A stretch of DNA of 64,000 nt from Myxococcota bacterium (lineage in GTDB: Bacteria > Myxococcota_A > Polyangia > Polyangiales > Sandaracinaceae), in assembly GCA_036149055.1 (NCBI GenBank), contig JAYZQJ010000248.1, forward strand, positions 16,853-80,852. The letters are read 5' to 3'. This document shows positions 52,906 to 62,482 of this stretch, in pieces. The notes below the pieces were generated by a model. The model saw only the letters and a list, made by a program, of their open reading frames with translations. It made no database searches and was not told where the DNA came from. The position numbers and the translations under genes were made by a program. Position 1 is the first letter of the stretch; the number at the start of each line of letters is the position of its first letter.

Positions 52906-53526
52906 ATGGACGAGCCGCACGACGCGCTTCTCGAGCGCGCCCTCGGGGGCGAGAGGGAAGCGACCCGGGCGTTGATCGCGATGATCACGCCGGTGATGCA
53001 GGCGCGCGTCGCCAGGGTGCTCCTGCGGCGGAGCGTGGGTCGGCCGGTGAGGCAGGAAGTGGAGGACCTGGTGCAGGAGGGACTGGTCGCGCTCTTCGCG
53101 GACGACGCCAAGGCGCTGCGGCGCTGGCGCGTCGACGGCGGCATGTCGCTGCGCGGGTTCGCCGGGATGGTGGCCGAGCGGCGCGCCATCTCGAAGCTCC
53201 GCGCCCGACGCTGGGCCGAGGAGCCGACCGATCCCTCCGACCTCGCGTCGCCCGGCGCCGCGCCGAGCCCGGAGCAACACCTCGCCCTGCGGCAGGTCCT
53301 CGACGACGCCCTCACCCGCCTGCGCGCCGAGCTGAGCCCGCGCGCGTTCCGGCTCTTCGAGCTGCTCTGGGTGGAAGAGCAGACCGTCGAGGCGGCCTGC
53401 GCGGAGCTGTCGATGACGCGCGACGCCGTCTACCAGGCGAAGCGGCGCATCAAGAAGCTGGCGGACGAGATCGCGGCCGACCTCCAGCGCGCCACCCCGG
53501 TGCCGCCGCTCGTGGAGGCGCGATGA
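52906..53526 (+). CDS. ECF sigma factor (divergent)
   Basis: VEDLVQE region 2; LSMTRDAVYQAKRRIK region-4 HTH. Confidence 0.82.
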   Translation: MDEPHDALLERALGGEREATRALIAMITPVMQARVARVLLRRSVGRPVRQEVEDLVQEGLVALFADDAKALRRWRVDGGMSLRGFAGMVAERRAISKLRARRWAEEPTDPSDLASPGAAPSPEQHLALRQVLDDALTRLRAELSPRAFRLFELLWVEEQTVEAACAELSMTRDAVYQAKRRIKKLADEIAADLQRATPVPPLVEAR

Positions 53527-54203
53527 GCGCGGGCGACGACCTGCTGGACGAGCTCGCCGCGCAGGCCCGCGGGCCGGAGGCCGACGCGTCCTGGGAGCGC
53601 TGGGAGGCGCTCGCCGAGGGGGAGGACGATCCGTCGCTGACCGATCCCGAGCGGCGCGAGGCGCTGGCCCCGCTGAGTGACGCCACCCTCGATCGGCTCA
53701 CCGACGCGGTGATGGCGACGCGCGAGCCGAGCCCCGACGCCGAGCGGGTGCCCGACGTCGTGCCGATCGGGCGCCGCGCCTGGCCGTGGCTCGCCGGCGG
53801 GCTCGCGGCCGCCGCCGCCCTCGCCCTCTTCTTCGCCCGCCCGTCCCCGGGGGACGATCCCCTCGCCGGGTACGTGCTCACGGTCGAGGCGGGAGACCGA
53901 GCGATGCGCGGGGCCGACGACGAGGCGTCGCGTCCGCTCGGACCCGACTCGCGCTTCGAGCTCGTGCTGCGGCCGCCGACCCGGGGCGCGCGACCCGAGG
54001 TCTCGACCTTCCTGGTGCGCGACGGCGTCCGGGAGCCCTGGGCGGTCGACGTGCAGCGCGCGGAGGGGGGCGCGGTGCGCATCGTGGGCCGCGCCGCGGA
54101 GCTGTTCGGCGACCGGTCCGGGCGGTGGCGCGTCGAGGTCGACCTGCGGCTCGGCGACGCCCGGGAGTCGTTCTCCACCGAGATCGAGCTGACCGGGCGA
54201 TGA
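53523..54203 (+). CDS. Putative membrane anti-sigma factor with an extracytoplasmic beta-rich domain
   Basis: ATGA-coupled to the ECF gene; acidic N-terminus, one TM helix (WPWLAGGLAAAAALALFFA), C-terminal beta-rich domain. Confidence 0.65.
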   Translation: MSAGDDLLDELAAQARGPEADASWERWEALAEGEDDPSLTDPERREALAPLSDATLDRLTDAVMATREPSPDAERVPDVVPIGRRAWPWLAGGLAAAAALALFFARPSPGDDPLAGYVLTVEAGDRAMRGADDEASRPLGPDSRFELVLRPPTRGARPEVSTFLVRDGVREPWAVDVQRAEGGAVRIVGRAAELFGDRSGRWRVEVDLRLGDARESFSTEIELTGR

Positions 54204-56893
54204 AGCTCCGGGCGGTGCACGCGCTCGCGGCGAGCGCCCTCTTCCTCGTCCCTCCGGGCGGCGGAGAGATCCATCCGCACCTCAAGGGGGTGGCCTTCGC
54301 CGGCTGCGCCGAGGTGTCCGGCGGGCCGGTGTGTCACCTCGACGGACCGACCTCGCTGCGGCTCTGGTGGCCAGGTGAGCTGGACGCGCCGGCCGCGATC
54401 ACCGTCGACGGCGCCCCCGCCGCCGTCGTCTCGGACCGGGTGGCCGGAGGGCGGCGCGCCGTGATCGAGGTCGCGCCGCCGGCCCGCGCCCTGGCGCTGC
54501 GGGTCGAGCGCGAGGACGGCCCGCGGGTCTTCCACCTCCGGCTCGCGCCGCGCCCGGAGGAGCCGAGCCAGCTCGCCGAGGCGCGTCGGCGCAAGCTGCG
54601 CGGAGACCTCCAGGGCGCCGAAGCCGCGCTCGCCGGGTTGCCCCTCGCCGATCCCGCGATCCGCGGACGCGCGCTCTCGGTTCGCGCCAGGCTGGCGCTG
54701 GCCCGGGGCGACGGCGAGGCGGCCGCGCTCTTCCGCCGCGCGATGGACGCTCACGCGCGCAGCGGTCAGCTCTCGCACCTGGTCCGGGACGCGGTCGCGC
54801 TCGCCTTCACGCTCCACAAGCGCGGCGACCTCGACGGCGCGGAGCGCGCGCTCGATCGGGCGGCGCCGCTCCTCGACCTCGTGCCCGAGCACCGGACCGA
54901 CGTGGCCTACGAGCGCGCCGCCATCGCCTTCGACGCCGCGGCCCCATCGATCGCCCTGGAAGGGTTCGAGGAGGCGGAGCGCGCGGCGCGGAGGCTCGGC
55001 ATGGACGACGCGCGGTGGATGGCCGACGAGATGCGCGCCGCCTGCGCGATGATGCTCGGCCGTCACCTGGAGGCCGAAGAGCTGCTCGCGCGGCTGGACG
55101 CCGAGATCGACGACGAGGCGCCGTGCGTGCAGGCACACTTGCACGCGACGCGAGCCGCCATCGGGCTCCTCCGGCTCGAGGGGGGCGAGGTCGTGACCGA
55201 TCCCGGCGCCGTGGTCACCGCCGCCCGCCGCGCCGCCTCCGCCTTCGGCGCGCGCTGCCCGCGCCCGAGCAGCCAGGCCGACGCGGAGGCCACGCTCGCG
55301 CTCCTCGAGCTGCGTCGGGGCCGGACCGAGGCGGCGGCGGCCGCGATCGCCCGGGCGCGCGAGGCCGCGCCGCACATGAGCTTCGAGCTCGAGGGCTGGG
55401 TGCTCGACGCCGAGGCGAGGCTCGCGCTGGCCCGCGGCCACCGGGTCGACGCCGCGCGCCGGTTCCGGGCGCTGCGGGAGCGGGCGGAGGCGCTCGAGGA
55501 CCGCGAGTCCGCGTGGCGCGCGGCGTGGGGTGAGGCGGAGAGCGCGGAGGACGAGGCGGCGAAGATCGCGGCGCTCGTCCGGGCCGAGGCCATCGTCGAG
55601 GCGGAGCTCACCGACGTCCGGCTCGGCGAGGGCCGCGACACGCTCTCCTCTCGACGCGGCCGCACCGCCGCCGCGCTGGTGGCCGCTCACCTCGCTCGAG
55701 GCGCCCCCCGTGACGCGTTCGAGGCGGCCCGCCGAGCGCGCGTCCGGGCGCTCCGGTCCTTCGTGCGCCGCGGCCGCCTCTCGCAGCTCCCGCCCGGACG
55801 GCGCGGGGCGTGGCGGCGCGCCCTCGGTCGCTACCGCCGCGGCCGAGCGGAGCTCGACGCGCGGCTCGCCGATCGGTGGACGGTGCCCGAGCGCGAGCTC
55901 GCCGCCTTCGACGCCGAGGTGGCCGATCGGAGCCGCGGCCTGCGCCGCGCGCTCGACGACGCCTACCGTGCCCTCGGCACCGCCCCCGAGGCGGCGCCCG
56001 AGACCGCGCCCCCCGGCACCCTCCTCTGGCTCGCCCAGCGCGTGGAGGGCGGTTGGGCGCTCTTCGCCGCGCTCGACGGCGCCGTGCGCTCGGTGACCCG
56101 GTCCGCGCCGCCGCCGGTCGATCCGGAGGCGCTCGGCGAGTGGGCGTTCGCGCCCTTCGACGACGCCGTCGCCTCGGCGGAGCGAGTGGCCCTGCTCGTC
56201 CCGACCGCCCTCTCGTCGCTGGACGTGCACGCCGCGCACTGGCGAGGGGAGCCCCTGGTCGTGCGACGCGACGCGTTCTACGCGCTCGATCTGCGATCCG
56301 AGGCGGATGCGGCCGAGGGCCCGACCCTGCTCGTGATCGATCCGGGCGGGGACCTCCGCGGGGCCCGGGAGGAGCACGCGGTGCTGGCGCGATCGCTCGG
56401 AGACCACGCGCTCGCGCTCTTCGGCGACGCGGCCGACCGGGCCGCGGTGCTCCGGGCGCTGGCGGGCGCGTCGACGCTCCACTTCGCGGGCCACGCGAGC
56501 GCCTCGGGGCCGCGCGGATGGGACGGCGCGCTGGAGCTGGCCGGGGGCACGCGGCTGGGTCCGGCGGACGTGCTCGCGGCGGCGGCGGTTCCCGAGACGG
56601 TGCTGCTCTCCGGCTGCGAGACCGCGCGCGGCGACCGCGCGGCCGGGGACGTGCAGAGCGTCGGCCTCGCGCCCGCCTTCCTGCTGGCCGGGAGCCGAAC
56701 GGTGATGGCGACGAGCCGACCGGTCTCGGACGAGGCGGCGGCGGCGCTCGCCCGAGCCCTCGGGCCGCGGGTGGCGCGCGGCGCGGTCGACAGAGAGGTG
56801 ATGCGGAGCGCGATCACGTCGCTTCGCGGAGCGCACCCCGACGAGTGGAGGGCGTACCACGTCCTGGTCGCGGGTCTTGGAGGAGAGCGATGA
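54200..56893 (+). CDS. TPR-CHAT (caspase-like) protease
   Basis: Signal-like N-terminus; long TPR-like helical region; CHAT catalytic motifs LHFAGHA and LLSGCET; GLAPAFLLAG. Confidence 0.85.
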   Translation: MKLRAVHALAASALFLVPPGGGEIHPHLKGVAFAGCAEVSGGPVCHLDGPTSLRLWWPGELDAPAAITVDGAPAAVVSDRVAGGRRAVIEVAPPARALALRVEREDGPRVFHLRLAPRPEEPSQLAEARRRKLRGDLQGAEAALAGLPLADPAIRGRALSVRARLALARGDGEAAALFRRAMDAHARSGQLSHLVRDAVALAFTLHKRGDLDGAERALDRAAPLLDLVPEHRTDVAYERAAIAFDAAAPSIALEGFEEAERAARRLGMDDARWMADEMRAACAMMLGRHLEAEELLARLDAEIDDEAPCVQAHLHATRAAIGLLRLEGGEVVTDPGAVVTAARRAASAFGARCPRPSSQADAEATLALLELRRGRTEAAAAAIARAREAAPHMSFELEGWVLDAEARLALARGHRVDAARRFRALRERAEALEDRESAWRAAWGEAESAEDEAAKIAALVRAEAIVEAELTDVRLGEGRDTLSSRRGRTAAALVAAHLARGAPRDAFEAARRARVRALRSFVRRGRLSQLPPGRRGAWRRALGRYRRGRAELDARLADRWTVPERELAAFDAEVADRSRGLRRALDDAYRALGTAPEAAPETAPPGTLLWLAQRVEGGWALFAALDGAVRSVTRSAPPPVDPEALGEWAFAPFDDAVASAERVALLVPTALSSLDVHAAHWRGEPLVVRRDAFYALDLRSEADAAEGPTLLVIDPGGDLRGAREEHAVLARSLGDHALALFGDAADRAAVLRALAGASTLHFAGHASASGPRGWDGALELAGGTRLGPADVLAAAAVPETVLLSGCETARGDRAAGDVQSVGLAPAFLLAGSRTVMATSRPVSDEAAAALARALGPRVARGAVDREVMRSAITSLRGAHPDEWRAYHVLVAGLGGER

Positions 56894-58989
56894 AGCACGC
56901 ATGGATCTGGCTCGCGGTGGCGCTGACGGGATGCGTCGTCGACGCGACCGGCGCGATCGGCCTCGGCAGCACGAGCGACGCCGACGGTGACGGCGACCCG
57001 GACGGAACGGACTGCGCGCCGCTCGACCCCACCATTCACCACGGCGCCCCCGAGGCGTGCAACGAGGTGGACGACGACTGCGACTACGTCGTCGACGAGC
57101 CCACGGGCGGCAGCTACTGCGTGCCTCTTCGCGACGCGCCGACCTGGGCCGACCAGTGCCTCGACCACGTTCAGGTCGGGCGGCTCGCGGCCCCGGGGAG
57201 CGGCTGCCCGGCGCCCGGCGGCGCCTGGACGGTCCGCAGCCTCTTCGCCGCGGTGACCGGACGAGGCGGGGCGGGCTACTGCGTCTACGAGCACCCCGAC
57301 CCTCGAGAGGCCGACGTCTCGCTCCTCCCGCCCGACGCCGGCCGGCCCGCGTCGGACTGGCTGGCCCCCGACTGCCTCGCGGTCGCCCCGCTGACCCCGC
57401 CGACCCTCGCCGAGCAGGTCTCGGCCGCGGTGTGGGAGGACTACTTCGACGGCTGGCTCGAGCAGTCCGAGTGGGAGCCGCGCCTGCCCAGCTCCGGCGT
57501 CGGTGGCGCGTCCCTGCCGGCGCGCGCGGCGCACGTGGCGGTGCTCGACAGCGCGCCCCCGAACGGCGGCTTCGCGAGCCCGGCCGCCTCCACCCGCGGA
57601 TCCATGTCGCGTCACGGCGCGGCGATGGGCCTGCTCGTCCAGCACCTCGCCTGCCCCGAGGGCCGCGCCGGCGGTCACTGCGTCGCCGACTTCAGCAACC
57701 ACGTCGCGCTCGCGTCCACGCCGAGCGGCGGCTCGCGGCGCAGCGAGGGCGGCGCGATCGGGATGTTCCACCAGGTGGCGGAGGCCGTCGACGAAGCGGT
57801 CGGGGTGCACCGCGCGCGCTACCCCGCGCAGCCCTTCGTGCTGGTGCTCTCGATCGGCGCGGACGCCTTCTATCAGGCCGCGCACACCGGTGACCGCCCG
57901 GCGGCCGACGCCCTGATCGACGCGCTCGAGGACGCGGTCTGCGCCGAGGACGCCATCGTGTTCGCGGCGTCCGGCAACGAGACGGGCGGCCCGCACCCCG
58001 CGAGCGGCCCGATGATCCCGGCCGCCTGGACCTCCCGGACCACCCGCTGCGGCCGGCCGCTCGTGGTGCCGGTGGGCGGCGTGGATCCGCTCGACCGGGA
58101 CATCCGGAGGCAGCGCGACGGGGCGCGCCCGGAGCTGGTCGCGCCAGCCCGCAGCGTCGCCCTGGATCTGGCGAACGGGGCCGGGAGCCCGGAGCCGAGC
58201 GCGCTGATGACCGGCACCTCCTTCGGGCCGGTGGCGGCGGCGGCGGCCACCGCCGTGCTCGCCGCCTACGCACCCCACCTGAGCCGCGACGACCTCGTCG
58301 ACGCGCTCTACGACGCGTCGACTCCGCTGGGCCGCGGCGCGGCGGAGTTCTGCGCGACGACGAGCTGCCGCGTCACCCGGCGCCTGTCGATCTGCGGCGC
58401 CCTGCTCCACGCGCGCGACCTCGCCTGCGATCTCGCCGCGACCGAGCCGCTCTGCGGGCAGACCTTCGCCTGCGAGTCGAGGCGCGTGGCCGCCGGCGCG
58501 GGCGCGGCGGTGGTCCCGTCGCCCATCCCCGGGCCGGGCGTGGTCGGAGACGCGTCGATTCTGACCGACGTCGTCAGCTCACCGTTCTGCACCGGCACCA
58601 TCCACGCGTACGCGCCGGCGCTGCCCGACCACCCGGATCTCTGCCCCTTCGACCAGTACGGCACGAGCCACGGCGGTCCGGGCTTCGGGCCTCAGCCCGA
58701 CCCCGTCGGCTGCCGGGTGTGCGCCCTCGACCCGAGCGCCGGCGAGCTGGTGATGGCCCTGAGCGAGAAGTTCACGGGGGGAACGCTCCATCCCCCGACC
58801 CTGGTCACCTCCGAGGGCGACAAGATCTATCTCGGTAACGTGATCTCGGGTCCGCTCTCGTTGGGCGAAGAGTACGAGATCGACAACCTCGACGTGGACG
58901 AGAGCTCCGACTGGGCGGTCCTCTACTTCACCGTGAAGAACGACGACGGTGAGAGCTGGTCGCAGATGGAGGAGATCGAGGTCTGGTGA
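56890..58989 (+). CDS. S8 (subtilisin-like) serine protease lipoprotein with a Cys-rich MopE-like motif
   Basis: Lipobox LTGC; DADGDG and CNEVDDDCD; catalytic triad VAVLDS, HGAAM and GTSF; oxyanion-hole motif AASGN. Confidence 0.82.
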   Translation: MKHAWIWLAVALTGCVVDATGAIGLGSTSDADGDGDPDGTDCAPLDPTIHHGAPEACNEVDDDCDYVVDEPTGGSYCVPLRDAPTWADQCLDHVQVGRLAAPGSGCPAPGGAWTVRSLFAAVTGRGGAGYCVYEHPDPREADVSLLPPDAGRPASDWLAPDCLAVAPLTPPTLAEQVSAAVWEDYFDGWLEQSEWEPRLPSSGVGGASLPARAAHVAVLDSAPPNGGFASPAASTRGSMSRHGAAMGLLVQHLACPEGRAGGHCVADFSNHVALASTPSGGSRRSEGGAIGMFHQVAEAVDEAVGVHRARYPAQPFVLVLSIGADAFYQAAHTGDRPAADALIDALEDAVCAEDAIVFAASGNETGGPHPASGPMIPAAWTSRTTRCGRPLVVPVGGVDPLDRDIRRQRDGARPELVAPARSVALDLANGAGSPEPSALMTGTSFGPVAAAAATAVLAAYAPHLSRDDLVDALYDASTPLGRGAAEFCATTSCRVTRRLSICGALLHARDLACDLAATEPLCGQTFACESRRVAAGAGAAVVPSPIPGPGVVGDASILTDVVSSPFCTGTIHAYAPALPDHPDLCPFDQYGTSHGGPGFGPQPDPVGCRVCALDPSAGELVMALSEKFTGGTLHPPTLVTSEGDKIYLGNVISGPLSLGEEYEIDNLDVDESSDWAVLYFTVKNDDGESWSQMEEIEVW

Positions 58990-59043
58990 GATTTTCGTCG
59001 CGCCCACGTCAGATCCGGCGTGGTCGCGGCGAAGTCCTCGGCG

Positions 59044-60084
59044 ATGCCCAGACACTCGACGGTCACCCCGCTCCACGACTTCGAAGCCCCGTTCCCGGGC
59101 GAGGCGCCTCCCGAGCTCGCGCGGCCGGAGGAACGCGAGGCGCTCGCGTGTCTGCGGGCGGGGCTGCCGGTCCTGGTCCTCGGCGAGAGCGGTGTCGGGA
59201 AGACCCGGGTCGCGCGGGCGCTCGCCGAGGCGCTCGGGCGCGGTCCGGTCGTGCGGGCCACGCTCGGGGCGAGCGACGACCTCAACACGATCACCAGCGA
59301 GCTCTTCGGGCACGAGCGCGGCTCCTTCAGCGGCGCGCTGAGCGCCCGCGAGGGCCTGGTCGCGCAGGCACACGGCGGCGTGCTGATCCTCGACGAGGTC
59401 CTCAACCTGCCGCCCCACGCCCAGCAGCTCCTGCTCGACTTCACCCAGTTCGGCACCTTCCGTCCGCTGGGCCACCGGAGCGCCGAGCCGCTCCACGCCG
59501 ACGTGCGCCTCATCGCCGCGACCCACGGCGACCTCGGCGCCGCGGTGCGCGAGGGTCGATTCCGCGAGGACCTCTATCACCGCCTCGCGGGCGCGGTGCT
59601 CCAGGTCGCGCCGCTGCGCGCGCGGCGGAGCGAGATCCCGGAGATGGCGCGCGAGATCCTCGCCGGTGAGCGGCCGCCGAACCGCCTGAGCGAGGAGGCC
59701 CTCGCGCTCCTCGCGTCGCCCGATCACGACTGGCCCGGCAACGTGCGCCAGCTGCGCTCGGTGATCCTCCGGGCTCGGGCCCGCGCGACGATGCGCGGCG
59801 AGCTCACGCTGGGCCCCAGCTGCTTCCCCGAGCTCGGCGGCCCGTCCCCCGCCGGACGTGCTCCCGTCGAGGGCGACATCGGCGGTCGCTTCGAGCGGCT
59901 CGAGCAGCAGCGTGCCGAGCTCGACCGGGAGGAGGCCCGCCTCATCCGCGCCAGCCTCCAGAAGTGGGGCGGCGTCATCAGCCGCGCCGCCAACGAGATG
60001 GGCATGAAGCGCACGAGCCTCATCAGTCGCATGAAGTGCCTCGACGTGCCCCGCTGGCCCGACGGATCACCCCCCGGTCGCTGA
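59044..60084 (+). CDS. Sigma54-interaction AAA+ activator with Fis-type HTH and no N-terminal regulatory domain
   Basis: GESGVGKT, SELFGHERGSFSGA, LILDEV, FREDLYHRL, WPGNVRQL, C-terminal HTH. Confidence 0.85.
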   Translation: MPRHSTVTPLHDFEAPFPGEAPPELARPEEREALACLRAGLPVLVLGESGVGKTRVARALAEALGRGPVVRATLGASDDLNTITSELFGHERGSFSGALSAREGLVAQAHGGVLILDEVLNLPPHAQQLLLDFTQFGTFRPLGHRSAEPLHADVRLIAATHGDLGAAVREGRFREDLYHRLAGAVLQVAPLRARRSEIPEMAREILAGERPPNRLSEEALALLASPDHDWPGNVRQLRSVILRARARATMRGELTLGPSCFPELGGPSPAGRAPVEGDIGGRFERLEQQRAELDREEARLIRASLQKWGGVISRAANEMGMKRTSLISRMKCLDVPRWPDGSPPGR

Positions 60085-60112
60085 CCGCGCGCCCTGGCCC
60101 TACCATGCCCTC

Positions 60113-60475
60113 GTGACCCAGGGCCTCCTCCTCGTCGACCACGGCAGCCGCCGCGCCTCCGCCAACGCCCTCCTCGACGAGGTCGCCGAGCGCGTCCGCG
60201 CCAAGCTCGGGGAGAGCGCGCTCGTCGAGCCCGCCCACATGGAGCTCGCCGAGCCCACCCTCGCCCAGGCCTTCGCCCGCCTCGTCGAGCGCGGCGCCAC
60301 CGAGGTCGTCGTCGTCCCCTACTTCCTGAGCCCCGGACGCCACGCCACCGAAGACGTGCCCCGCCTCGCCCGCGAGGCCGCCGCCGCGTTCCCCGACACC
60401 CCCCACCGCGTCGCCCCACCCCTCGGCCCCCACGACCTCCTCGATCAGCTCGTCCTCGTCCGCTTCCGTGAGTGA
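60113..60475 (+). CDS. Short CbiX/SirB sirohydrochlorin chelatase
   Basis: LVDHGSR, AHMELAEP, PYFLSPGRHATEDVP, PLGPH. Confidence 0.9.
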   Translation: MTQGLLLVDHGSRRASANALLDEVAERVRAKLGESALVEPAHMELAEPTLAQAFARLVERGATEVVVVPYFLSPGRHATEDVPRLAREAAAAFPDTPHRVAPPLGPHDLLDQLVLVRFRE

Positions 60476-60588
60476 GAGCCCCCTGTGGTCCTCTCATTCG
60501 GTCAGTCGGCTGGGTCAGGGGAGAGGGGGAGGCGACTGGGTCGAGGAGAGGGGAGGTGGGAGGCGAGGAGGAATCAGCTGGCTGGAGC

Positions 60589-60840
60589 CGACGACGCCAG
60601 TCCAGGCCGCCCGCGAGGACGGGACGACGCCAGTCCAGGCCGCCCGCGGGGACGGGACGACGGCAGGCGACGAGCGAAGCGAGGTCGCCGCACGCACCAC
60701 CCCACTCGTCCGATCCCGCGGCAGCGGGCGGCCAGCTCGCGCGCAGCGCGAGCGCGAGCCGCAGGGCCCCCGGCGCCCCGCCGCCGGGGTCGGGGCCGAG
60801 CGGAGCGAGGCCCCGGAGTGGGTGGGGGGGCCCCGCGGAG
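60589..60840. repeat. Intergenic 33-bp tandem duplication plus an inverted copy of the REP-like element
   Basis: GACGACGCCAGTCCAGGCCGCCCGCG x2; CAGCGCGAGCGCGAGCCGCAGGGCCCCCGGCGCCCC is the reverse complement of 46043-46078. Confidence 0.65.
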
Positions 60841-60946
60841 GAGGCGCAGCGATGTTTGCGCAGGGCGAAGCCCGGAGCGACCATCGTTGTGCCGCCGCAG
60901 CGGGGGGGCGGGGGCGGACCCGGGCGGACCCGCCCCTGCCCAGCAA

Positions 60947-61888
60947 CTACTGCACGAAGTAGCGGAAGCTCGCCATGAGGCGGGTGTCGTAGGCGCCGTT
61001 GACCTGCTGGCGGAGGGAGATGTCGAAGCCGAGCTGCTCGTTGAGCCAGCCCGAGCCCGCCGTGACGTAGTGGAGGTCGCGGCCGCTGTCGTAGATGTAG
61101 CCGGCCCGGATCGGGACCTCGCCGGTGAAGTACTCGGCCGCGCCGCCGATGAGCGCCTCGGGACGGATGGTGCCGTCCGGGTTCTCCCAGGTGGTCAGGT
61201 CGGCCAGGCCGTCGAAGGCGAGCGTGAAGGTGTTGTCGATGGTGTAGCTGATGCTGCCGCCGACCTGCATCGGGACGAGCGAAGAGCCGACGTCGATGAG
61301 GTTGTTGCCGAGCGCCGCGATGTGGAGGCCCGGGATGGGGGTGACCCGGATGGCGGCGTCGAAGGTGACGTGCTCGGCGTACGGCGGGAGGTTCTGGTCC
61401 TCCTCGCCCTCGCGCCAGAAGCTCATGTAGCGGCCGGTCACGCCGATGGCGAAGTGCTCGCCGAAGGGCATGCCGAGCGAGAGCCGGCCGTCGTAGCCGC
61501 CGTAGCCGCCGCGCTGACCGCTGCCGTGCACGTAGCGGAAGTTGACGCCCATGTTGATGGGGCCGCTGTGGCTGTCGGCGAGGGCGCCGCCACCCCAGAA
61601 CCGCCCGGCCTGCGGGTCGTACCCGACCGCGCTGTCGATGTGGTAGTGGCGGCCGATGCTCATGCCCGCCGGGTTGTAGGCGACGCCGTTGGTGCTCATC
61701 GCCGACGCCCGGGCGCCGAGACCCATCGCGAGGCCGCGCGCGGTCTCCATCGAGTCGGGCAGCATGGGGCTCTCGTCGCGCGCCTCGCGGGGCGAGCCCG
61801 GGGCGAGGGTCTGCGCGGAGGCGACCGAGGCGCTGAAGCAAAGCGCCACCGCGAGCGCACCTCGAATCCACGTCTGCTCGTGCATCAT
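60947..61888 (-). CDS. Outer-membrane beta-barrel protein (PorV/FadL-like)
   Basis: Signal peptide ending ASA-Q; ARGLAMG...YNPAGM; alternating beta strands; ends ASFRYFVQ. Confidence 0.7.
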   Translation of the reverse strand: MMHEQTWIRGALAVALCFSASVASAQTLAPGSPREARDESPMLPDSMETARGLAMGLGARASAMSTNGVAYNPAGMSIGRHYHIDSAVGYDPQAGRFWGGGALADSHSGPINMGVNFRYVHGSGQRGGYGGYDGRLSLGMPFGEHFAIGVTGRYMSFWREGEEDQNLPPYAEHVTFDAAIRVTPIPGLHIAALGNNLIDVGSSLVPMQVGGSISYTIDNTFTLAFDGLADLTTWENPDGTIRPEALIGGAAEYFTGEVPIRAGYIYDSGRDLHYVTAGSGWLNEQLGFDISLRQQVNGAYDTRLMASFRYFVQ

Positions 61889-62124
61889 CACTCTCCGTCC
61901 CGGCCGGGCCACGCTCCTTCTTATCGATCCGCGCGGTGGACGCCAAGAAACCGTCGTCCGCGAACCGCGCTCGGGGCTCGAGCTGTTCCCTTGCGCCTTT
62001 CTCGACCCCGGCCGATCCGAGCTGCCACCCTCCGAAATCGAGGACACCGAGGGGCCCGTCACGCCCCCGTCGCAAACGCGATCCCGGCCGCGAGCGGATC
62101 GAGCGTGAAAACCCACGTCGATCC

Positions 62125-62460
62125 GGGCACTTGTGGACAACCTCGAATTCGCCCCCCTCGTCCCCGATCCGTGTCCTTCGCGATCCGATCACGAAAACCG
62201 AGCGATCCTCACTAGTTATGAATCTGTGCGATCTCGCCCGTAGACGTCTCCGGCTCCGTTTGCTAGCGTCGGCGGTCCTTGCTCAGGGGGCGCGGCTGAA
62301 CGTTCATCGTCTCCAGCCGACGCGGCGTCGAGCCCGAGCGCGAGCCCGGTCGACCCGCGATGTCCTTCCCGGACACCTGTCGGCGAAGACGTTTTCCACA
62401 AGCTGCCCCCAACCCCGATCCCGCCTGTGGACAGGCTGTGGATCGAACGGATAACTGCAC
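62125..62460. promoter_or_regulatory. DnaA-box cluster (probable oriC or dnaA autoregulatory region)
   Basis: TGTGGACAA at 62132, TTTTCCACA at 62392, TGTGGACAG at 62426, TGTGGATCG at 62437; short AT-rich patch ACTAGTTATGAAT near 62211. Confidence 0.7.
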
Positions 62461-62482
62461 CCAATTGCACGGGAAAACAGGA

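Noticed and set aside
46287..56902. Very long Arg/Ala/Gly-rich antisense ORFs (for example 1601 aa and 1150 aa)
   Set aside because: Typical high-GC shadows of well-supported opposite-strand genes, with no recognisable motifs.
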